Shown here: positions 48,001 to 56,188 of the stretch, in pieces
Numbering within the stretch: position 1 is the first letter of the stretch
Layout: each line of letters begins with the position of its first letter
IMG/VR virus record: IMGVR_UViG_3300020042_002824
Strand: one strand, 5' to 3'
DNA: 64,000 nt
Source: a virus
Taxonomy: Duplodnaviria > Heunggongvirae > Uroviricota > Caudoviricetes
Notes under the pieces: generated by a model
What the model was told of the DNA's origin: nothing
Database searches by the model: none
Seen by the model: only the letters and a program-made list of their open reading frames with translations
Translations under genes and position numbers: made by a program

Positions 48001-50004
48001 TCCTATCAAACAATTGATACAGGATTCCAAAGAATATTTAATTCTCTACCAGCAAGTGGTGTTGAAGTGGTATTTGGTGGTGACACATTTATTAGTAAGT
48101 TTGGTTTCAAAACTAAGCTTCCATTCTTTATTGATAATAGAGTTAAGGCTCCTGATGATAGTGATATTTATTATGATGAGATAGGTAATATAGCCTATCC
48201 AGAATACTGGTACTCAGCAAGATCTGTATTGTATGACTATTATGTAGGATCTACATTAATGAAGAATATTATATCAGTGAAGGCTCATTACCTTGACTGT
48301 CCTAATGATGACATTGTAGATAATACATCAACTAGTACAACCACTACATCTACTACTCCTCCTATTGGCACCACTGCACCAGGAACATTTAATTATGTTT
48401 ATGATGGTAAGATGTATCTATTTGCTTATGGAGTTCCTTATTACTATGTAGAATCTTCTATTAATGTAGACTTGCGTCAAGCGTTCAATAACTTAGAAGG
48501 TGACTTCTACCCACATGTAAGTTCAGGTATTCCTGACCAATGGTTCCAAGAGAATAGAGTACCTATTGCGTTTGATAATACGTACTACTACAATACAACA
48601 TTCACTAAGCAAAACGTAGAGAACTTCTTCTCTCATTTGCCTACAGATTGGGTACAACAATTATGTTACACATATTTTCCATTTAGAGCAATATACTCTG
48701 ACAGACAAGAAAGTTATTCTGACAATAGAATAAATAGCTGGTTGATATATCGTCCAGCAAGCTTCTTTGACTTCCCTCAAAACTATGGTAACTTAGTATC
48801 ATTAGATGGTATACAGAACAGAGCAACCTTAGCTAGATTTGAGAATAAGACATTGTTATACAATAACTTGTTAACAATAGATACAAGTAATCCTCAATCT
48901 GCATATTTAGGAGGTGGTGAGTTATTTGGTAATGCACCCCCTATTGACTTTGCTGAAACAGATCTTGGTTATGTAGGATGTCAGAATAAAATGTTGCTTA
49001 GAATACCACAAGGTCAGGTGACTGTGGATGCCAAGAGAGGACAAATATTCTTAATTACTGGTACCCAAGCAACAGATATATCAGGATTTGGTTCTGGTCT
49101 AAACAGATTCTTTACAGACCATTTATCATTTGAAATATTAAGATACTTCCCAAATGTTGATATAGATAACAATTTCAAGAATATTGGTTTACATGGTGTG
49201 TTTGATAGCAAGTTTGATAGAGTTATTATTACTAAGTTAGACTACATCCCTCAACCAGGTAAGGAAATATTCTACGATGATGTGGCTAAAGAGTTTTATG
49301 TAAATCAACCAACTGCTGGTAATACATCAGTAAAAAGATTTGTAGCTGTAACAGACTTAGAATACTTCTGTAACAAATCATGGACTGCTTCATTTAACTT
49401 TAATACTAAAAGCTGGGTGAGTTTCCATACATACCTTCCTAACTTTTACATAGGAGAAAACAACTTCTTCTATTCTGGATTAAATGAAAGTTGTGATATC
49501 TCAGCAATAGCTGTTACAGAGATTCCTTCTCCTACCACTACAACCACTACAACAGTAATATACTATTGTAACTTGTCTGGTACAGCAGAGTGTACAGATT
49601 GTATAAGTACAACTACTACAACATCTAGTTCTACTTCAACAACTACTAGTACATCAACATCTACTACTACGTCTACTAGTACATCCACTAGTACAACCAC
49701 AACTACAACTACTGCTACACCAGAACCCACAACAACCACAACAACCACAACTTCAGAACCAACAACCACTACAACTACCACAACTATAACACCAGAACCA
49801 ACTACTACAACAACCAGCACTAGCACTAGCACAACAACCAGTACTTCTACTAGTACTACAACAACAACCACAACTGCTCCACCAGCACCAGGATGTGAAT
49901 TAGATGGAACAGCTGTAGAAGATTATCCAACTGGTGATTTCATAACAACAGAGGGTGGGGATCCAATTATAACAGAAGGCAGCAATAATTTAATTATAGA
50001 ATAA
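44953..50004 (+). CDS. giant virion protein (~1680 aa) with ~130-aa C-terminal poly-Thr/Ser/Pro mucin-like tract
   Basis: Long ORF; start uncertain (Met candidates at 44953, 44977, 45004 and 45010). Internal TSTTTTSTTPPIGTT and C-terminal TTTTSSSTSTTTSTSTSTTT...PEPTTTTTTTT repeats. Confidence 0.55.
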   Translation: MTYNVLHNMNYQTEAQDMDMDGTDNQGTSSVRQEFNLGRVGLDMDSSVNQIQKGKLSYALNAALENFDSNSVNYQNEPSNEACLDFPEGYQLIGTHFIQEKNKHIFFLANPETGGSEIGYMNNNDCVYHLLCTPIPDTELTVCANSTCLNFDINYPIHKAVHKITNCTTEVYWTDGLNPRRYINIDSIPYITTFTGDQNCDPIITPVLDCNKLKVQPNFTIPNLDVTDVVVGGDLKAGAYQFAIQYCNASGDAYTSYYSITNPVSIANTEITTPDFQYSVGKSIVLSISDIDITGYFQYFNLAVIKTINNGTTVELVGTYNIQDKSRTITYTGQNITQIPLSLNDILEKFAYYDIAQDVTNVQDVIVWDNLTSIDRINYQGIANQIQLQWETYKLPANNTYADGFYTANLRGYLRDEVYAFEIVFLLDNGKQTDGFHIPGRASTSNDLIVVPNTNDDFVGEGTSAPYWKIYNTASVTATYPVPTTDAEKIGDAYPYQSGDFAYWESTDTYPCNVDVWGDLADEPIRHHKFPDVLVSPHFESAPIIYSGGQIQPTMQSASAVYPIGVKIDVQQVAFLIQASSLTAAEKASIVGFKIVRGNRSTNKSIIAKGILRNVGKYDREGTPYYYPNYPYNDLNEDPFLLEKSNAYNSQCDTFKVTATINGNFQYTDCNTGQTAIFAFTTATTQICSITLPVVNSGAATFTNVTATAYTITVPLACAGGPPAFSYTDPITQSLTNITVQKGTSVTVNSSTVPVRISGCTGYTIVANNNNKNTECYPAQLDGFNNNESPYRQVFNSPETSFGQPTLGNVLKLESVLFGAGRAHFVQVKEHAMYKLLTKQAQIDALNSSRAIADLGGFNATAMFTAYQSYLQIYINGVSRRNFAYSFNSISSYDYSEDIPNNQGVKQRQLDRSQYVFPGVQSVGDDYDLNNWNRESSVYTKSIETRTGVGPVPALPYPNKTPNLVVAGVSQISDNSRFTLGESGNCGTPEFQQDIKVVSYYGSIKTINNGQWGQIYSYQTIDTGFQRIFNSLPASGVEVVFGGDTFISKFGFKTKLPFFIDNRVKAPDDSDIYYDEIGNIAYPEYWYSARSVLYDYYVGSTLMKNIISVKAHYLDCPNDDIVDNTSTSTTTTSTTPPIGTTAPGTFNYVYDGKMYLFAYGVPYYYVESSINVDLRQAFNNLEGDFYPHVSSGIPDQWFQENRVPIAFDNTYYYNTTFTKQNVENFFSHLPTDWVQQLCYTYFPFRAIYSDRQESYSDNRINSWLIYRPASFFDFPQNYGNLVSLDGIQNRATLARFENKTLLYNNLLTIDTSNPQSAYLGGGELFGNAPPIDFAETDLGYVGCQNKMLLRIPQGQVTVDAKRGQIFLITGTQATDISGFGSGLNRFFTDHLSFEILRYFPNVDIDNNFKNIGLHGVFDSKFDRVIITKLDYIPQPGKEIFYDDVAKEFYVNQPTAGNTSVKRFVAVTDLEYFCNKSWTASFNFNTKSWVSFHTYLPNFYIGENNFFYSGLNESCDISAIAVTEIPSPTTTTTTTVIYYCNLSGTAECTDCISTTTTTSSSTSTTTSTSTSTTTSTSTSTSTTTTTTTATPEPTTTTTTTTSEPTTTTTTTTITPEPTTTTTSTSTSTTTSTSTSTTTTTTTAPPAPGCELDGTAVEDYPTGDFITTEGGDPIITEGSNNLIIE

Positions 50005-50006
50005 AC

Positions 50007-50873
50007 ATGTCTAAAATAGTAATAATAAGATTAACATGCTCAGGTGGTAGAACTGGCCCCTTCAATATCTCTGATAGTGAAGGTAATGTTCTAGGCACCA
50101 ATATAACCAAACAAAACTTAATTGATGGTTATACTGTTAGTGTTGATGATGCTATTACTACAATAATTATACAATCTCAAGGTAAGTGTTCTACTAGTAT
50201 AAATGTTACAATTGGCACTGCCACTATAGAAGAACTTGCAGCTTTGACATATACAGTTTGTAATACAGGATCTATATGGAGACACTTAACAGACACATTA
50301 AACTATAATAAGTTCTATGGTAATATAGAACCATACATAATTGAATATCCTTTTAGCTACCAAAGCTATGATGAGATTCTTCAAAACATAAAAGACTACA
50401 GTAAGGTATATAACTATCTACCTCTTGTAGATGGTGTATTTAATGACAACGCTCAGATACAGGTTGATAATCAATGGTTTAACAAAGCTGTTCTATACAA
50501 TGGACAACAGTCTACAGGTGTATTAGAATTGGTACCAAAACCTATCAACAACCTAAGTGCATACTTAACATACCCTATGTACAATACTAATAGTAAAACC
50601 ATTATGTATACAAAGAGTGACAACTTTTATCAGTATAATACATTCTGGAGCTTAGTTAAAAATAAATCCATACCTTTATTCATGACGAGTTGTGACTCTT
50701 TATCAATAGATAAAGTTGTAAATCAAACAAATATGGATTATGGAAAAAGATCATTTAAGAAAGAACCATTAAGAGCTAAAGACCTTAAAGTGAGGCACAT
50801 ACTTGATAACAGCTCTGAAGCTCATATAGTTTCTCAATTCATTGTTGCACCTGCTCAAATCTCTTATAAGTAA
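50007..50873 (+). CDS. tail-associated protein (288 aa), N-domain paralogous to 40830..41378
   Basis: RLTCSGGRTGPFNISDSEGN...GYTVSVDDAITTIIIQSQGKCSTSINV versus TLTLAGADTGPFDIYSDADGY...GYTLTGVPNGATIIRVTSLSTCTNSVNM. Confidence 0.5.
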   Translation: MSKIVIIRLTCSGGRTGPFNISDSEGNVLGTNITKQNLIDGYTVSVDDAITTIIIQSQGKCSTSINVTIGTATIEELAALTYTVCNTGSIWRHLTDTLNYNKFYGNIEPYIIEYPFSYQSYDEILQNIKDYSKVYNYLPLVDGVFNDNAQIQVDNQWFNKAVLYNGQQSTGVLELVPKPINNLSAYLTYPMYNTNSKTIMYTKSDNFYQYNTFWSLVKNKSIPLFMTSCDSLSIDKVVNQTNMDYGKRSFKKEPLRAKDLKVRHILDNSSEAHIVSQFIVAPAQISYK

Positions 50874-53305
50874 TGAATAATAATATTAAATGCACATGTG
50901 GACATTCCTGGAGTAAAGCAAGCTCTAGTGGAAAAGACATGAATGTGTGTCACATATGTGGAAAGGATAACACCATGAAAAATGGAGGATGGTTAAATAA
51001 GTATGAGCAAGGAGGAATGGTTTTAGACCAACAGCCTGATGACAACTATGGTAAGAAACCTAATCCTAATGATGTCCAAGCATCTGTAGGTCCTGACTTT
51101 GTAGGACTTGGTTATGATACAACAGGTAGAAACTATTCTCCTGCATGGGGTGGACAGTTTGCAATGGGTGGTGCTTTACCAGGTGCTGTAGGATTCACAT
51201 ACGCACGTACACAGAATCCTGCTCCTTCTAATGGTAAGTATGCTAAGAAGACAAAAGCTTCTGCACAAGATGGTTTGTTAATGAACTTTGAACCAGAGAA
51301 GATGCGTTCAGATGCTACACGAGTGGCTCCTGCTGTAAGACCTCTTACAAAGAAAGAACAAGAAGAAAATGCTAGGATAAACAAAGAAAACCAGAAAAAG
51401 ACAGAAGAACGTGATAAGAAGATAGTAGCTGAAAGACAAGCTAATAAAAATACAAAGGGAGATCTAAGCACTCCTGGTAGCTGGCATACAGCAGATAAAC
51501 TTAGACTATTTCCTGGCAGTGTTGGTGGAGTGGGAGAAATGTTTGATGAGTATGTAAACCCAGCTTACGTAGTTGGATCTTTAACAGATCAACTTGGAGA
51601 ATCTGTAGCTAGAAGAGATGTTGGTGGTGCTGCTGCAACATTAGCTATGACTGCAGGATTAGGTGCGTTAGGAGTTGATCCATTAGGAGATGTTATGAAA
51701 GCTCAGCGTTGGTCTCAAGGGGCAGTAGATCGTCTTGGTTATAATGTACAAACTGCAGGTCCAAGATTAGGTAGTTCTACAAGAAGTCTTGAATCAGCAA
51801 CTGCTGCAGAAAGATCTCAACAACAATTAGATCTTATACGTCAACAAAGACGTTCAGAAGCAGTGTCACGAGGAAGTCAAAGCACAAGAGCTCCTTATCA
51901 GTTTCCTACAGATGAAGAACTTGCTATAATGAATGCACGTGAGGCTGAAAGATATGCTCCTAGAGTTAGTCGTCAGTCTACAGGAACTCCTGAGGATATG
52001 ACTGCGTTAGATAGATTTGAGAGAATACAACAAGTAGACCCTGGTCCATCATATGCTGAATTAATGGAATATCCATCAGCTAGAAGAGTTGATTCTCAAG
52101 CAGAATCAGCACAGCAAGCAGCAATGAATGATATAAGAAGAGAAACTAATTTTCCTGTTGATGCTACTAATCCAAACTCTGTAGTGCATTCTAATAACCC
52201 AACGTTAACTTATGAAAGGTTAAATAGAAGAATAGATGCATTAAGAACTTCTGGTATTTCAGATGACATTATTGCACAAGATGTACAATATCTTCGTGAG
52301 GGACGTCCTATGAGATCTTTATCTCAACTAAGAGGAGCACCAGGTTCTGTACCACGTCCTCCAGAAGTAAGAACTGGACCCACTGAAAAACAATGGAGTC
52401 CTGAAAACTTTCGTATTGGTGAAGGTAATGATGCAGGTAAGTTTAGAACAGCACATCCTGAAGGACATAATATATATGAAGATATAGATATATCACCTAT
52501 AAATAATTCAATAGATAGAAGATATAAAATAGTAGACAAAGATAAGTCTATGAATTATGTAGAAGTTAAAACTTCACAAGACGCAGGAGATCCATATGTT
52601 GATGTAAATGATATAAGTTTCTTTAACAGAGACCCTAACAGTAGCTCTAAGCAAATGAATATAGTATTTAGTCATTTGCCTAAACAAGCACGTATATCAC
52701 CAATAAGTACAAGCGTTCACTCTCAGCCATTGTTAAATACACGTATTGCTAAATTAACTAGTGGTCAACCAGGTAGAATAAAAATTGAGCCAAATGAATA
52801 CATGGGTACTTTAAATAAGATTACTCGTAATGAGGGCTTTAGTCCTCTTGCTTGGTATGATGAAACAGTTGAGCAATTTCCAAAACTTGAAAGAACATAT
52901 GAAACTCTTAATAAATATACAGGATCAAATTTACAAATGCCTTATATAAAGTTTCAAGGACAAAAGTTACCATTTGAAGAATTTAATACACCTGAATTTA
53001 GAAGACTTGTTGAAAACAACCCTTCACTTTTAGGAGATGCAGATGTAATGGTTAATAAATACAAGACAATTAAAAACTGGAAGAATGGTGGACAGATTGT
53101 AGACTCAATGGGACAATGGGCACACCCAGGAAAAACAACTACTATTCCAGGTAATGATATTACTATGAAAGGTGTTAACTATGATGTACTAGGTGTAAGT
53201 AACACTGGTGACAAAAAGTTGATGAAACCAGGAAAGAATTATAAATTTGATGGAGATTATGTCACTGAATATCCAAAAGGTGGCTGGCTAAATAAATATA
53301 AATAA
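50873..53305 (+). CDS. large virion protein (810 aa) with N-terminal zinc-ribbon-like motif and GGWLNKY motif at both termini
   Basis: CTCGHSWSK...CHICGK, then NGGWLNKYEQGG, then a C-terminus ending KGGWLNKYK. Confidence 0.5.
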   Translation: MNNNIKCTCGHSWSKASSSGKDMNVCHICGKDNTMKNGGWLNKYEQGGMVLDQQPDDNYGKKPNPNDVQASVGPDFVGLGYDTTGRNYSPAWGGQFAMGGALPGAVGFTYARTQNPAPSNGKYAKKTKASAQDGLLMNFEPEKMRSDATRVAPAVRPLTKKEQEENARINKENQKKTEERDKKIVAERQANKNTKGDLSTPGSWHTADKLRLFPGSVGGVGEMFDEYVNPAYVVGSLTDQLGESVARRDVGGAAATLAMTAGLGALGVDPLGDVMKAQRWSQGAVDRLGYNVQTAGPRLGSSTRSLESATAAERSQQQLDLIRQQRRSEAVSRGSQSTRAPYQFPTDEELAIMNAREAERYAPRVSRQSTGTPEDMTALDRFERIQQVDPGPSYAELMEYPSARRVDSQAESAQQAAMNDIRRETNFPVDATNPNSVVHSNNPTLTYERLNRRIDALRTSGISDDIIAQDVQYLREGRPMRSLSQLRGAPGSVPRPPEVRTGPTEKQWSPENFRIGEGNDAGKFRTAHPEGHNIYEDIDISPINNSIDRRYKIVDKDKSMNYVEVKTSQDAGDPYVDVNDISFFNRDPNSSSKQMNIVFSHLPKQARISPISTSVHSQPLLNTRIAKLTSGQPGRIKIEPNEYMGTLNKITRNEGFSPLAWYDETVEQFPKLERTYETLNKYTGSNLQMPYIKFQGQKLPFEEFNTPEFRRLVENNPSLLGDADVMVNKYKTIKNWKNGGQIVDSMGQWAHPGKTTTIPGNDITMKGVNYDVLGVSNTGDKKLMKPGKNYKFDGDYVTEYPKGGWLNKYK

Positions 53306-53325
53306 ACCACATATAAACGTTTGAT

Positions 53326-56112
53326 ATGAAAGATCAAATCTTAAAGATTGCAGGAGTTAAGTCTGAAAAGGAATTTTACAAAAAGTACCCAACAGAAGAA
53401 GCATTTATGAAAGCTCATAAGAAAGAGTTTAAAAAAGCTGCTATGGGTAGTAAGATGGTTAATGACCAATTACACCAACTAACTGACTTTGGTAATCCTC
53501 CTATTGCTAATGCTGGAGCTACTACACCACCTGAGTTTGGATTTACTAAATTTGGTGCCACTGCAAAAAATCCTGAAGGAAGTTTTGGTGGTGGAGCTGC
53601 AGCTGCTGGTATGAGTGCTCTTCAAAACTTAGATAAGATTGCTGGTGGTATTAGTGCTATTGGTGAGCAAAAGAAAAACATTAAGAAAGCAGATCAAACT
53701 GCTCAATTATCAGGACTTGCTTTACAGGCTAATCAGACTATGGAAGATCCTCAACGTAAGTATGCTAGACCAGAAGATAATCTTATTCAACCAGGACAAT
53801 TAAGTAATCCTTATGGATCAGGTACAAACTACCTAGCTCAGAATGGTAGAATGATTGGTGGTAACCCCACTGAGATTCAGAATACATATGCTCCTACAAA
53901 TGACATATATGATGATCTTGGATTTGAACCATTAGAAGAAACATACAAACAATTCAGACATGGTGGTCATATGCCTAAAGCAGAGTTTGGTGAGTACTTC
54001 CAAGACTCAGGTCAAGCTCAAGTTGGTAGTGCTGTAGGAGAATCTATTGGTTCTGCCTTTGGTCCTGCAGGAGCTGCTGTTGGTAAGTTCTTAGGTAAGG
54101 TGGCAGGTAATGCATTAGGTGGTGCTAAAGATGCTAGAGCATTACAAGCACAGAAAGATAAAACTGCTTTGAGCCAAAACCAATTAGCCTTCCAACAAGC
54201 TAGATCACAAGGTCCTCTTAATGCATACATGGAAAATGGTGGATGGGTAAGTCATGATTGGCAACCACAAACTATCACTAAGTTTGGAGAATATAATATT
54301 AAAGATCTTTTAAGACCTCCACATGATGCAGATATGTTAAGAAGTGGTGGTCATCTTGCTCAGGTTGATTATACTCCTCCTAGTGCAGAAGCGTTATACA
54401 CTGGTAGACCAGGTATGCCTAGAGCTCAATATGGAGCACAGATGGCTATGGGTGGTGAATTAGAAGTAGGAGATGGTGGTCGCTTTGAAACAATGTCATA
54501 CAATCCTAATTTACCTGGTGGTGAAATAGGAATGTTTAGAGGTGCGTCTCATGACAATGGTGGCATCCAAACTAAATATGGTGAGAATGAAGTGGAAGTA
54601 GAAGGTGGTGAACCAGCTGTTAAACTACAAGATGGTGGATCTAGTGATAACCTTGTTGTATTTGGTAACATGAAAATTAATAAAGAAGTAGCAGATCTTA
54701 TGGGAGATCCAAAAGCAAAAGGAATGAAATTTAAAACATATGTAGCTGATATTGCTAAGAATGATGCTAAACAATTAAAGAGAATAAACAAAGGTCTTAA
54801 GTTAATTGAAAACGCTGATGAGAATAGTGCATTTGATCATTTGTCTTTGAACACAGGAGGACTTATGGTTAAAGGTGCTCAGGCTTGGCAAAAGATTAAT
54901 GCTGACAAGATTAAAGAAGCAGGTATTGTACAAGACTCTATTCATCAGACAGCCAAGGAGTTAGGTGTTAAGAATGACAAATTAGCTGAAGGTAAATTAG
55001 AAAGAGAAACAGATCCAAGTATGGTTGCTCAAAAAGGTATAAGCACTTCACCTTATAAATTTGATATAAACACTATTGTTCCACAGTTTGGACCAAAGCA
55101 ACCTAATGTAACAATTCCATATCAAGCAGGATATTCAAACAGTAATTTACCAGAAGTAACAGTTTCATCTAGTCCTAGATTTTATCCTCCTAGCATTGAA
55201 GATATGCCAGGTGATCCTACATCAAAGAAGAGTGGTAGATTAATGAATGCATTGAAATCAACAGGTAAGTTTTTAGGAAAAGGAATTGAAAAATATGGTC
55301 CTACTGCTTTATCTAATTTAGAATCATTCTTAAGACCAACTAACGCTGACGAAGACTTACCTGCAGATCAGTTATATCCTGAGTTTTATGCATTGGCTAC
55401 CAATCAGTTAGAACCTGTACAGGCTCAAACATTCCAACCAATGTTGGATAGTCCTATAGACATTTCTTTAAATGATCAACTTGCTGCAGTTGATTCTCAG
55501 TCAAGAGCTGCTATTAGAGCTGCTGGTTCTAATCCTGCTGCACAGGCAATGATTATGTCTCAGACATTACAGGCTAAGAATCAAATCTTAGGAGAGCAAA
55601 CTAGAATCAATCAAGCAAATAAGATGCAGGTTTATGATAAGAACAGAGCTGCATTAAATGATGCTCAACTTAGAAACTTACAAATCCTTGATCAACAATA
55701 CGTTAGACAAGCAGGAGCTAAGTCTAATACTAAAGAACAAACCCAAGCTGCTTTAAGTTCTATTGCTGCTAAGACTGCACAACAAAGAGCTGCTAATAGA
55801 AAACTAGCTGTTATGGAGAATTTGTATAACTTCAGATTTGATCCTAAAGGCAGAGCAATTAATGCTAACGCACTACAATCTTTTAATACTTCAGGTAATC
55901 CATTTGCTACATCAACTAAAGGAAGTGGAGGATTAGCTCCTGATACAGCATTTACATATGATGAATTAGGACGTATCATTGGAACTAGAAAGACTAAAGA
56001 CAGTGCTACTACTCTTCCATCATTGGGTGAACTAGACAATTATATGCAGAAGAATGGTGGAAAAACAAAGGCTAGAAATAGCTCAGTTGTTAAAGCTCTA
56101 AAGAATCTCTAA
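53326..56112 (+). CDS. large Gly/Ala/Gln-rich virion protein (928 aa)
   Basis: Long ORF. Repeated GG-containing motifs (ENGGWVSHDW, RHGGHMPKAEFG, RSGGHLAQVDY). Confidence 0.5.
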   Translation: MKDQILKIAGVKSEKEFYKKYPTEEAFMKAHKKEFKKAAMGSKMVNDQLHQLTDFGNPPIANAGATTPPEFGFTKFGATAKNPEGSFGGGAAAAGMSALQNLDKIAGGISAIGEQKKNIKKADQTAQLSGLALQANQTMEDPQRKYARPEDNLIQPGQLSNPYGSGTNYLAQNGRMIGGNPTEIQNTYAPTNDIYDDLGFEPLEETYKQFRHGGHMPKAEFGEYFQDSGQAQVGSAVGESIGSAFGPAGAAVGKFLGKVAGNALGGAKDARALQAQKDKTALSQNQLAFQQARSQGPLNAYMENGGWVSHDWQPQTITKFGEYNIKDLLRPPHDADMLRSGGHLAQVDYTPPSAEALYTGRPGMPRAQYGAQMAMGGELEVGDGGRFETMSYNPNLPGGEIGMFRGASHDNGGIQTKYGENEVEVEGGEPAVKLQDGGSSDNLVVFGNMKINKEVADLMGDPKAKGMKFKTYVADIAKNDAKQLKRINKGLKLIENADENSAFDHLSLNTGGLMVKGAQAWQKINADKIKEAGIVQDSIHQTAKELGVKNDKLAEGKLERETDPSMVAQKGISTSPYKFDINTIVPQFGPKQPNVTIPYQAGYSNSNLPEVTVSSSPRFYPPSIEDMPGDPTSKKSGRLMNALKSTGKFLGKGIEKYGPTALSNLESFLRPTNADEDLPADQLYPEFYALATNQLEPVQAQTFQPMLDSPIDISLNDQLAAVDSQSRAAIRAAGSNPAAQAMIMSQTLQAKNQILGEQTRINQANKMQVYDKNRAALNDAQLRNLQILDQQYVRQAGAKSNTKEQTQAALSSIAAKTAQQRAANRKLAVMENLYNFRFDPKGRAINANALQSFNTSGNPFATSTKGSGGLAPDTAFTYDELGRIIGTRKTKDSATTLPSLGELDNYMQKNGGKTKARNSSVVKALKNL

Positions 56113-56188
56113 CTAATTCAGTTATAGTGAATTACTAAAATTTGTTATAGCTCTTGGTAATTCTAATATTTTAAATTAATTTTGTATT

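Noticed and set aside
45404-49211. Numerous short ORFs in other frames and strands within the 1683-aa gene (45404.., 45727.., 45983.., 46294.., 46563.., 46873.., 47519.., 47942.., 49014..)
   Set aside because: All lie inside one long uninterrupted ORF with coherent composition. Typical shadow ORFs.
49563-49871. 102-aa minus-strand ORF made of poly-Val
   Set aside because: Antisense reading of the Thr-codon (acn) tandem repeats inside the giant protein gene; artefact.
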